Part shown: piece after piece, positions 23,118-35,700 of the stretch
Layout: each line of letters opens with the position of its first letter
Numbering within the stretch: the stretch's first letter is position 1
From: Chloropicon primus
Taxonomy: Eukaryota
Assembly: GCA_023205875.1 (NCBI GenBank)
Contig: CP060755.1
Location: 682,001 to 746,000 of the forward strand
Direction: 5' to 3'
Length of the DNA: 64,000 bases
Program-made: the position numbers and the translations under genes
Notes under the pieces: generated by a model
What the model saw: only the letters and a program-made list of their open reading frames with translations
The model's database searches: none
What the model was told of the DNA's origin: nothing

Positions 23118-23775
23118 CTCCTCTCTCTCTCTCCGTCTGTCACAACACCGCCCCTTTCGAAGAACAGGACACCGCAGAACACAGGCCTTCTGCCGGGTCC
23201 TCTCCGTTCCGCTCTCCCTCTCCTCGCTCCGCAACCCTCTGCCCTCTTCTCTCCGCTCCTCTCCGTCTCTCCCTCTCAACCCTCTGGATTTCAAATCGTA
23301 CAAAATCAAATCGGTGAAATCGTGTAAACGCCCAGGAGGCACGAAGCAGCGAGGGCGCGTAGTTTTGACTTGACGTTCAATTAGAGTAGTCGATGAGGGG
23401 CGCGGACCTCAAGGCACACAAGGAGGAACACAAGGGACCCTTGGGTGAGGATGGTGATCAGGACGGACGCTTGTGATCACACCTAGCCATAGACAAAGAG
23501 GTGAGGCTTGGACAGGGACTCCGCTTTCGGGGAGGCCGCAACCCTCCCCCCACCCCCCTTTTTTGGGAAAAGCTTTGGCCTTTTTCCCGGGTTCCATCCG
23601 GAGTGACTTGGCCGAGGCAGGGGTGCGCCAAGATCATGACTTTGTGCTGGGCAATTGGAAAACTGACCACCCTGCACGACTCTCTATCTCTCTCTCTCTC
23701 TCTCTCTGTGATGTCTCTCTTTCGCGAACAGGGCATTGCTTTTACTTTTCGCGCGCGCAAAGGAGAGGCAGCAGC

Positions 23776-26700
23776 ATGGGCTACTCGCGGTATTCCGTGG
23801 CTCCGTGGCTCGTGCCGCTCCTGGTTGCCCAGGTCCTCTTCGCCTCGGTCCTCTTGGCCGAGGCCGAAGGCTGCCCCAACGAATGCAGCGGCCGAGGCCT
23901 CTGCGTGGAGTCCACCCTCCGGTGCGAGTGCGACGTGGGCTACGGGGGTCGGGACTGCGGCGTGGAGCTCCTCAGCCTCGGCGAGGACTTGAACATCGCG
24001 AATGAGATAGAGAACTTGGTGGGCAGAGACGAGGGGCGGCCGTCCGCCGAAGTTGTTGTTCCCAGCGTTCTGAAGAACGCTCTGATCTATGCGGACAACA
24101 TCGGCCAGGACACCGAGAGCGAGGCGTGGAGGAACCACATCAGGACCATCACGCCGAGGAGGCTCGTGGAGGGAGGCGGGACGGCGGGAGCCGGGTGCGG
24201 GTTTTACGACATCTTCTACGAGGGCTGCGGGTCGTCGTCGGCGTGCTTCTACGGGGAGGTGGCGTGCTCGGCGGAGTCGCCGTTCTACTCTTTCTACGAC
24301 GGTTTCATTCCGCACGCGCCGAACACCCACGTCAACGAGACTTTCGAGACCAACTTTGCGGACCAGAATGACATCTTTGGCTCGCAGGAGCTCTCCCTCG
24401 CGACGAGCTCGACCGGGGAGAGCTTCTTGGGGCTGTTTCCGAACGGGAGGTCCCTCCTGGTCACTTTGACTAACCTTCCCGCCACCGCCGCGGACGTGAC
24501 CGTCAAGCTGCGCCTCTTGGTGGACGACGCCAACTTCGCCGTGGACTTGGAGAAGGTGACGGAGATGTTTCAGCTCTCCGTCGTTGGCGAGGAGGCCACG
24601 ATTCAGAGCGTGCTGTACAAGGGCTACAAGTCGGAGGTGGGAATGCCGAACTATCACCTGGAGTTCCGCTACAGGTACGCCAAAGAGCTGATGCGGTTCA
24701 AGATTCAGATGACTGGCCTGGGCAGCGCCAAGTGGGGCATCGACGACCTGTCAGTAGTCTCCCTCGTGGACAACTACCAGCCCGAGGCGAACGACCTGCA
24801 GGTCTTCACGTCCGCGGATCCGCTGGGAGGCTCGACGGCTGTCGAACTCAGGGGGTCTGACTTGGAGTGCGACGACCTGACGTACAGGGTCACGAGCCTC
24901 CCGACCAACGGGTCGCTGTATCTGTGCGAGTGCGACAAGATTTGGACCAAGGCGATCGCACCCTTGGATCTTCCAGCCGTCGTGACCGGGCCCTGCAACA
25001 GAGTTGTTTACCAGCCTCAGGTCTCCGCCCCGGCGGCGGACTCGGGCGTTTACGACGTCTTCACGTACGACGTCGTGGACAGCAAGGGGCACGCCAGCGA
25101 CCTCGCGTCCGTGAAAGTGTTCCTGACGCAGAACTCGAGCAAGCACATCCCGGTCGCAGGAGACGAGGGCATGGCGCTCGATTTCGACGGGAGGGACAAC
25201 ATTTTGTCCCTCTCCAGGGCTCTCGTCCACCCGCTCTCCTCTTTCACGATCGAGGTGAGGTTCAAGGCTCTGGGCGACTTGAGCGCGGGAACACTGATGT
25301 CTTCTGAGGGTCAGTTCGACATCGGTTTCAAGGAGACTTTGGGGGTGTTCGCCGCCTTTGAGACGCCGCAAGGAACGGTCACTGCGAGCGCGCAAGGCTA
25401 CCAGTACGACGCGTGGCACCACCTCGCCGTCACGTTTGGAGAGACGGCCCTGAACATGTACGTGGACGGGGTCGCCGTGTCTACCGTGGCTCATAACAAC
25501 GCGACGTTGAAGGCGGGCACATCTTACGTTACGGTCGGGGGAAAGCTCGTTTCGGGAAAGGTGGACGAGACCACTTCTTTCCGGGGGCAGATCGATGAGA
25601 TCAAGATCTGGAGCAGGGAGCACTCGAGCGACACGATTTCCGGGCTGTACGCGAGGGGAGGGGACATGGGCCAAGCTGGATTGCTGGTTTACCACAACTT
25701 CAATCACGGCGTGGATGTTCCCGTGCAGACAGCCGCCTACGACGCGAGCCCGAATGCTGTGGACGCCTTCTTTGGTACCCTGAACGAAGAGGGGGTTTCC
25801 TCTGGCTTGGCGTCACAGTTCCCCTCCTACGCCCAGTCGAGCGATTCCTTTGGTAACGCTTTCACGACAAAGGAGGATGCGCCACTAGACATCGCGCTCC
25901 AAGGCGGCACGACTTGTGACCTCCCGCCTTGCGGAGTCTCTTTCGTGATATCCACGCTTCCGGACCACGGCAGCATCTTCGACAAGGACAAACTGATTAC
26001 CTCCTCCCCGCACGGCATCAGCGGCAGGAGCGTCAGGTACGTGCCTGACGCGGACTACAACGGCGGCGATGTTTTCAAGTACCAGGCCTCCAACGGGGAC
26101 GCTTTGTCTGCCAAAAGGGGCGTTGTTCTGACCATCGAGCCAGTGAACGACGTCCCGGTCTGCGCTTCGAGCAAGACCGAAGTGACAGCTCAAGGCAATG
26201 ACACCTACATCACTTTGCAGTACGTTGATCCAGATGACGATTTCACCAAAGTCAGGGTCACCAGAATACCAACGAAGGGTATTTTGTACCAAGTGTCGGA
26301 CACTGGCGCTAAGGGCGAGCTGATTCACTCGTCTGGGACAGAGGTCACTTCGCTGTCGAACTTGGTCATTTTCTCCCCCTCGGGGCCCTCCCCCAAGGGA
26401 GACTCGGACGGAAACTACGACGACTTTGGCTACGAAATCAGGGACGACTACGGCACGTCCCAGGAATGCCAAGTTCAAGTCAAGGTGGCGCAGAGCGTCT
26501 GCGATACCAAGCCCGTTGCGGGACAGAGCGGCTATGCTCTGTCTTTCTCTGGTAGGAATGAGGTGGCTCACCTGGGGCAGATGTCATCTTACGCATCCGA
26601 TGATTCATTCTCGATGGGCCTCCATTTCAGGACATCGTACTCCACCCAAGGTTCCTTGATGACCTTGCTGGCTGCCGGGCCGTTTGAAATCAAGTGGGAC

Positions 26701-29700
26701 AAGCTAGGCTTGCTCTTGCAAGTCGAAGGCTCGGCGATCCCAACCAGGAAATCATTCGCGGATGGCTATTGGCACGACCTCGTCCTCGCGCACGACGCAG
26801 GGGTCACTTCCCTCTACGTCGACGGGCTCTTGTACGGTTCAATGAATGCGACCGTGAAGCTGGAAGAGCCCGACACCATCCGGTTGGGGCATACCATAGG
26901 CAGCAGCAATGGCTTCCACGGAGAGGTCGATGAAGTCACCATCTGGACCGCTTCTCGAGAGGGTGACGGCCCGTATGCGGCTCACTGGCAATTCAACGAG
27001 GGGTCGGGAAGGTACATCACGAACAGAGTCACTGGAAGTGTCTTCCTTTCCCTTGGAAATTCTGGCATTTCGGAGTTTCAGCCGGAGTGGGCAACTTCCA
27101 CGCTTGTCACGGACAATGGCATGAGCGTCGAGGACACCTCGCCGTCAGCGTACCAGCTTGCGTGCTCCTCCTCACACACGGAAGATCTTGAAGCTGTTCT
27201 GCTCGCTCTTCCGAGCTCTGGAAAGTTGTTCTACACCGAGGATGGCGTGACCAAGTCCTATGAAATCACGGGCGTCCCCACCCTCGTCAGCAAGAGCAGG
27301 GTCTTGTACGAGCCCAGCAGTCTGGATTGCGCGAGCGGCGAGGAAAGGGGCAGCGCAGACAACTTTGCGTACGCGTGCGCGGGAGATTTGGCGGAGAGCA
27401 TGCACGGAATCCTCGGCTCGTCGTTCTACGGAACGACTTCTGCTACCATGAGCCAGTTCCTGAACACGACAGATCTTCAGCAAAAGCTGGACTCGGTGCC
27501 AGAGCCTACGAGGACCGCCCCGAGCGCTCAATACATCGAAGGCTCAACGCCTGATCTCGCGTCGGATACCCTTTTCTACGGTGCTGGAATCACGGGGTCG
27601 CCTCCAGGGACGCCTCCGTTTGATGTGCAGTACGCGGATCCAATGATTCCGGCCACGCCCAGCCCCCCTCCGATGAGGAAGCTGGCGCAAGACGCCTTGG
27701 ATCTCCTAGTCTCGACCATGTACCCCGAGCTCAACCGCGGGGGCACCGCGGACTTCAGCGTCCAGATCTCTTCGGTGAAGTTCCAACTGGCTTTCGACAG
27801 GACTGACTTTGATGAGCAGACGGATGCCGTGAAGGCGGAGTTTCTCAAGGAAGTCGTCCTTGAAGTAGCCAGGGAGGCCAGCGTCATGAGCGACAGCGTA
27901 GAGGTGCTGTCGTACTCCGCGTTTCCCTTCAACGTGAAAGCAAGGGTGTCGTACATGGCTGGGGGCTTGGATGCTCAGAAAAATGCAGTGTCCCTGACGA
28001 AGAAGCTGCAGAGCTCCCCGATTTCCATGTTCAGTGACGGGTTCTCCGTGAATTACGGAGACGCGACGTTGGAAGACATATCCTCGGAGACGATCACTCC
28101 GCCAACGTTGAGTCACGTGGACGAGAGCTGCGTGCCGTTCTCAGACGTGCAGGTGGTCACTGTGGACCTAGTGAACGTGAACCATTACCCTGGTGGGTGC
28201 TTGGCTGGCAACTGCACCTACACGTTCGCGACTGCCGATGCTTTCCAAGTCGACCTTCCGGCAACGGATGAGGATTGCGACGCGCTCGAGATCACTGTGA
28301 CCCAGCTGCCGCAGCATGGAACGCTCCACACCGCGATCAATTCAACTTGGGAGAACATGGTTGGTTCAGGCCATGTCATTCAAGCCGATTCAGAGGCAAC
28401 GGCAGTGCTGTACTACCAGCCCGAAGCGAATCAGAACCTCGACGATGGGTTCTCCTACGTGATCTCCGACGGAAGAGTCGTGTCCAAGGAGTCCACGGTG
28501 AGCTTGATCGTGGACTCGAACGGCCTTTCAACGATCGCCGGCCTTACTGGGAACGCGGGGTACTCTCTCTACTTTGACGGAGTAGATGACGTCCTTCAAG
28601 TCAAGAATAGTCTTGCTGACGTATCTAAGGCATTGACGGTGTCGTTCTGGTTCAAGCTTTCTTTGATGGTAACGGACGGTACGGTCTTCTCTGCCTCTCC
28701 GTTTGAGCTCAGGTGGTCCAAGATCAAGGGGCTTGAGTTCTCGGATGGAGACGCCACCGTGTCGCTCCCCCAAAGCCTCAACGACGGAGAGTGGCACTTT
28801 GTGGTCGCTTCCTCGTCGGATGGCGTTCTGAGCTTGCATCTTGACGGTGCACGCGCACAGGAGGTGACGGGAAGAATCCCAGGTGCAGCGGCTGTTGCGC
28901 TTGACCTCACTTTCGGCGCCGTGGAAGGGGGAGTGCCCTCTTTCCACGGCCACCTTGATGAGGTTGCCATTTTCAGCTCAGACTACGCGAAGACTTTGGA
29001 CGACATCTTCTACAAGGAGCGTTGCAGTTCTTCCACGCTGCAGTGTCTCACAGGAACCGAAGAGGGCCTGGTGGGGTACTACAAGTTCAGTGACGGGGAA
29101 GGGGGCATCGCGAGGGACTCGTCGTCCATGAAGTCGGATGCAGTCCTTGGTTTGGAGGGCAAGACTCACACGGATCCGGAATGGAGCACCTCTTTCGTTC
29201 CCCTGCGCAACACGCTTGACGTTTTCGAGGGAGAAGAGGTCGTCTTTCACCTGGACGCGAGTCCCAGCGAGATTGGCAGCTTTGTGACCACGCTTCCCGG
29301 GAACGGCAACCTGAAAACTGCGGGGAAGACGGTCAAAGCTGGGGACAACATCAAGTCTGATGCCTCTGTCACTTACGTTCCCAAGGCAAAGTTTTACGGA
29401 TCTGATTCATTCTCTTATGCAGCGGACAGTGCGGCGGAGGGGCTTGGAACAAACGTCTTCATTACGGTCCACCCCGTGCTTGCCTCGCGACCCCCGGTCG
29501 CGAAGGCGAGCTCCATCTACGTGGATTACCAGAGCCCGTCTGCGGTGAAGGTGAACTTGAAGGTTTCGAAGGGTCATCCGCTGTCAGTCTTGAGGGTTGG
29601 CGTGAGTTACTTGCCAGCGGATGGAATCCTGTACCAAGATTCCTCGCTGGAGAAACCTGTTGAAGTGGGTGCAATGCTGCCGGCCCCGGTCGTGTACTAT

Positions 29701-32700
29701 CAGCCAACTCTGAATTCTCAGGACGAGTACGACCGCTTTGGCTTCTTTGTGGAGGACGTCACAGCCGAGGACGAGCTTTCCCTCGGCAGCCCACCCTCTC
29801 TGATCAGGGCCGGGAGGCAGGCTTCCGCAATCCAGCAGTCGTCCGTTACAATCTACCCGGAGAATACATACTTGGTGAACAGCGATACCCCGCTTTCGGG
29901 ACTCGCCGGTCTTAGCCTTTTGTTCGATACCGGCAAGCAGTACGCCACACTCGGTTTATTGAGCAGCTACGTTGTTGTTGCGCCAACCACGTCTTATTCC
30001 GTGGCCTTTTACATGAAGACGCAGGCCGTGGTGGAATCCGAAGTGGAAGTGATGTCCATTGGTCAGGGTGCTCACTCGCCCAAGCTAACGCTTTCGAAGA
30101 TGAAGGGAGCTTCCCTGTGTTACGCGGGGTCGTGCGTATCCTCAAGGAAGTCCTTGAATGGGCTGGGCTGGGTTTACATCAAGACCTCCTTCGTTGAAGA
30201 CGGGGGGAAGACGACTGAGATTCAACTCCAAGTGGATTCTGACAAGCCCAAGTCGATGGCGCTCTCTGAGGCTACTGCAGTCACCAAGGGTGCTGACACG
30301 GCCATTGTTCTGGGCAGCTCCTGCGGCGCCTCGCCCTGCTCTCCCGTTGTGAGCGGCGAGATCGACGAATTCTCCGTCACTTCTGATGGGAAAGAGGTGG
30401 CTCACTTCCGTTTCAACGAGGTGTCAGGAGACAAGTTGGTCGATTCCGTGAGCGGTTTGGAAAAGGGAACCCTTGGATCTGGCAGCGCCAACGAGCCCTC
30501 GCGAGTGACTTCGAGCTGCCCAGTGGAAAGGCAAAGCGTTTCTCTTCTTCAGAAATCCGAAAAGGTTGTGGAGCTCAAGGCTCTTACGACAGAGCCAGCC
30601 GCAACCAAGCTGGTGTACACCGTGACCAAGCTTCCCGCAGTGGGCTCTTTGAAGGAGTCGGCCAGCGGGAAAACGATCAAGTCCGTGCCTCGCAAGATCA
30701 GCGGGGAAAGTGTCGTTTTCGTCGCACCCACGGGCAGCAGCGGCTCGACCGAGTTCAGGTATGTTGTGGACGTTGAAGGAGATGGAATCATGGCAGGGCA
30801 ATCAGCCGAAGCTGTGGTCGACGTTCTGATACTGGAGCAGACCGAAGTGGAGCTCTCGAGCACTTCGTTTGCTTTCAGCTTGGACGAGAACAAGGTCCTT
30901 AAGATAGACCTGTCCCTGGCACTGGCTTCGGAAGACGCGAAGGCCACGCTCACTCCGTTCCAGTACCACATCACAGCTCTGCCCGAAGCTGGCCATTTGT
31001 ACTCCAGCGACAAGGAGGCGTTGTCCTCGGCGGGCATTCCGGTCGACTCGGGATTGGTCACCTTCGTTCCACCCGCAAACGCGATGGGCGACTTCTCGTT
31101 CGGGTACCAAGTGTCCAGGGGCGCCAGCGTGAGCCAAGAAATCGGGGTGACCATCAGTGTGGACGGAAATCAAGCGATTGAGTTCCACGAGGGCAGCGTG
31201 ATTAAGGCTGCTAGGACCAACGGGACGTCTTTGATTAAGGACTTCACGGTCCAGGCGTGGGTGAAGTCGTCCGACCTCCAAAGCACCGTGTATCAGCTCG
31301 TTTCCACTGCGCAGACTACTCTGCAGTTCGATCTCCAGAGAACGGACGTGAAGTTTGACACTCAGGTGTCTTGGCCCATTTCCCTGACCAGCGTGAGCGA
31401 TTACTCTGTCGATCTCGGACGGTGGAGCCACGTGTCCTTTGTTTGCAGTGACACGAAGAAGGCGCTGTTCCTCGACGGAGTTCTGGTTGGGCTCGCGGCG
31501 ACTTTCCCGGATGACGCCGCCGGGGCAACTGGGGAGGACAACACCATCGTCATCGGGTCTCCTGCAACCCAGCATGGCCGCTTCCTCTTGGATGAGGTGC
31601 AGATACACAACAGAGAGCTGGATCAGCACGAGATCATCCAAACCATGAACTCAAAGTACGAAGACGGGGCTATCGGAAAGTACTTGGCTCACCACAAGCA
31701 GCAGGGTCCGCACTACGACTATTCGTGGGAGCTGAGAACCTCGATCGTAGGAGATTACAACGTCCGCAAGCTTCACACCCCGACCTCCGTCTCGTCCGTT
31801 GGGCAGAGAGACGAGCGCATCTGGAAAGCCGTGAACGCTGACGGGGTTATCGATGCTACTGTTGGCAGCGGGTACGCCCTCGCTTTCGATGGGATCGATG
31901 ACAAGTTTGTCGACGAAGTCAAAAACGCAGTGAGCCAAAATGGCGTGTGCCTGGAGCTGTACTTCAAGGTGCCCGCGTCGGCGGGATACAGCATGGCCCT
32001 TGGAAGCGTTGGAAATGTTGCTGTCAGCTGGACCAAGTATGGCGGGCTAGGCATTGAGGTGCCTTGCACGGACTCCAAAGGAGGGTGCCGCATCGACACC
32101 GGCATGGATCTTGACGACAACATGTGGCACTTCTTGTCCGTTACGGCTGAGTACGTGGAATCCCTCGTGAATTACCCCTCGGTTGCACCTGATAACGTGA
32201 AGGTGACCGTGAAAATCGACAGCACGTTCGAGCGATTCAGGCTCTACGACAACTTTGATGTCCTTGGCAGCAAAGCTGAGGTTGTGCTGGGGTCGAGCAG
32301 CAAGAGCGGGGATTATTCGATGGTGAAGTTCAAGGGGGCTCTGGACCACGTCCTTGTCTCTGACGCCAGAAAGGAGGTCACTTACAACGTGTACGATTTC
32401 GATGGGGACCTGAATGGTTCCGGGTACGAGAGCGCGGCGATTAGCGGCTCTCCGAGTCATATTTTCTCCTCCGCGCCGGTTCCTTTCAAGGCTATCAGCA
32501 CAGCTGAGGACCAGCCCGTCTTGGTCAACCTGCTGGGCCACGACGTGGACGCCGAGGCGCTCATGGTGTACCTGAAGGGTGCCGAGGGGGGTGACGTTCT
32601 GGACACCTCTGGGAACAAGCTGGAATTCTGCGGCATGGGGCTGAGTCTTGAGCACGGCACTTGCTCGGGAAGCTTGATCACAGATTCAGCTGTCGTGTTC

Positions 32701-35700
32701 GCCCCTCACGAGAACGCTCATGGAAGGTTCAGGGTTGAATACATCTTGGACGACGGCTACTCGTCAGCGAATTACACCAGAGAAATAGAAGTGCTCCCCG
32801 TGAACGACTTGCCTGTTTTGGAGGGAGACAAGAGCATTGACATGCAGCACGCTGGCGAGTCTGGCTACCTGAGGGTTGCAGAGGGCGCGATCGCGATCAC
32901 CGCCTCAGGAGACGGCTCCCAGCCCGTGCATACGTTGGAACTCGATGTGGCCCACGATGCAGATTCTGGTGATGCCCTCACTTACGTTCTGACAATGCCG
33001 CCAAAGCACGGGCAGCTGTACGCGCACTCGAGGGACTGCGTTGGACAGCCAGACTGCGTGGCCAAGGCACTGAACCAGGGCGGCTTCTTTTATGCCTCTG
33101 GATCGAAACTGAGGGTCTTCTACGTCCAGAACGAGATGGAGAGGTCCATGAGAATCGCGGGCGCGGATGAATTCTCTTACAGCGTAACCGACGGCAATTC
33201 CGGCGCCTGCCTTGGAACTTGCCAGAGCGGGGACCCTTACTACACCCCAACCAGCACCGTTGTCCTGGCAAACCTGAACGCTTTGGGTATGGCTGAACAG
33301 GCTTCCGCTGGCGCGTACGAGGACAATCTAGGTCATGCGGTTGAACTCTTGGGTGGATCTCACAGCATGATCGAGCTCTCACTCTCTGAAGGCAACCACA
33401 TGAACGGGGAAATGACTCTCGAGTTCTACGTGAAGACGGCCGCGGCCCCGCTCAACAACTTGGTGCTCTTGCAAGGGCTGTCAGACTCGATTCCTGCGTT
33501 TGAGATCAAGGTGACGAGGTCTGGATTGGTGTCCTTGACTTGCGGCTCCGAGATCGACACGAGCCTGACTCTGAATGACGGGTTGTGGCACCACGTCCTC
33601 GTCTCCCGGGACAGCGGAAACTCTTACTACTTCTTTGTGGATGGAGTGAAGCTGCACAGCGAAGCAGGCGCGGATTCCGCGGCGTCTCTAGACACCTTTG
33701 TCCTGCTTCAGGGGCTTCCGGGATCGGTTGACGACGTGAAGTTGAGGAGGGTCTTCCATACTACGGTCGGTGACGTGAAATGCAACTACGGGGCCTGCCC
33801 ATCGAGCGGCATCGTGGCTTACTTTCCCATGGAAAAATACACCGCGGGAAGTCAGTACGACACGATCTCCGACGAGTCGTCCAGTGGAACCGGCACGGTC
33901 CTTGGAAAGTGCTTTCAGTGCAAAAAGGTCGTGTCGGACTCTCCTTTGTCTCGAGTCACTGAGCTGACGCTTCAGTACAAGAGGGGCTCGAAGATAGACG
34001 TAAGCCTTCCTGGTTCGGGGGAGAACTTCGTCGTGACCCAGATTCCCGAGGGGGGAGTCCTGTACGACAACCAGACCATGGTGGAAATGAACCATCCTCC
34101 ATATCTGCTGAGCGGTTCCGTCGTCAGTTACGAGCCTGAGGGCGGTTCTGGCCTCCTCCAGTACATGACCACGAGCTCCTCCTCTGGGCTGGTGGACGAG
34201 TACAACTTCCTCTCTGATGGAAATGGCGTCCCTCTGAACAAGGACTTCAGATCCATGAGGCTGAACGCCGTCCCAATGCCAAGTCACCCGATTCACGTGG
34301 GCGAGAGTGTCCACCCTCAGTTCTCCGTCGCAGAGGGGGGTTCCGTGGCAGTGCAGCTGGCCGTGTCCGACGAGGACTTTCCTGACGAGAAGGTGGATAT
34401 CATGGTCACCACTCTTCCAGAAACGGGAACACTGTACGCCATGCATGACGGGGTGTTGCGCGAAGTTCGGGCGATGGTGCCTTTGGGCAACTCTGTCGAA
34501 GGCAAACAGGCGACGGCTACTGCCTTTTTCGTTTCTTCGCCCGCGAATGCGATCGGCACGTCGGTGACCTTTGGATACATGGCAAAAGATAAGCACGGCC
34601 TGGAGAGCATGGAGAGACTCGTGAGCATCCACGTTACCGATGGATCGAGCGGCGGCGCGCTTCCCGATCTCGACGGAGTCGCGTGCGAGAGAAGTGACTG
34701 CCCTATCTTCATGTCAGACACCAAGTCGTATGAGATCCCACAGACGCCAAAGGTGACCGTGAGCATGTCTGCGGTCACGCCTCTGCACTTCGTGGAGGGT
34801 GCCAGCACGGTCACTCTGTTGCAGTTGCCCAGCACGGGTTTCTTGTCAGAGCCACTGACGAGCAAAAAGATCACACAAGTTCCTTACAGGACACAGAACA
34901 CGTACGTGAATTACCAGGCTTTTGCTCGGAACTCCACCACGCCAGTGGAGGATTCCATGCACTACAGATATGTCGCCCAAGGTCACGAGCACCAAGTCAA
35001 AATCGGATTGACTGTCGTTCCAGACCTTTACGCTCCTCCAGTCGTGAAGGGTGGCATTCACGTGGACCTCAAGATGAACGGATCAAGGGCAGGCGTTCTG
35101 GTTGAGATCGAATGCACCAGCTCCATTGCCACCGGCACCATGGACTTGATCGTCACGTCTTTGCCCGACCACGGGAACCTTCTGTTGTTGGACGGCACGG
35201 CCGTGACTCCTGGATCAAAGGTCAACACGGGAAGTGATGCAAGGGCGACGCTGCTTTTCAAGCCTACTGCGAGTGAAAGCGGCGATACCTCCTTCGGCTA
35301 CGTGGCTTTTGATGGATTGAGCACAAGCAAAGAGGAGTATGCCAGCATCTCCTTAAACGACGGCGCTCTGCCTGGCTCGTCGAGCATGGAAGCTTTCGAA
35401 AACACCCCAACCGTCTTGAGCCTTGGAGGTGAATCCTTCGCATCCATTCAGATCTTGGCAGCCCCTGCGGGCGCGAGTCTTTTTCAGCTAAGCGACGACG
35501 CGAAGAAGGGCGGGGAAATCGTAACGCTTCCATCGGGCGTGACCAACAAAGACAACAGGATCTTGCTGATCCCTCACGACATGGTCTGCGCATCCGGCTC
35601 AAGCTGCGAATCCGTGTCGCAGCTCAGATACGCCTCGATGGATGGTGCCTCCCGGGAGGAGTCCCTCACGATCACGATTCACCCGGTGAGCCAAGCTCCA

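Noticed and set aside
23473..23775. GTG-initiated N-terminal extension of the giant ORF (and similar extensions at 3535, 8294, 16292, 45303, 48174)
   Set aside because: These translate microsatellites or UTR; downstream ATGs give the signal peptide or family-typical starts.
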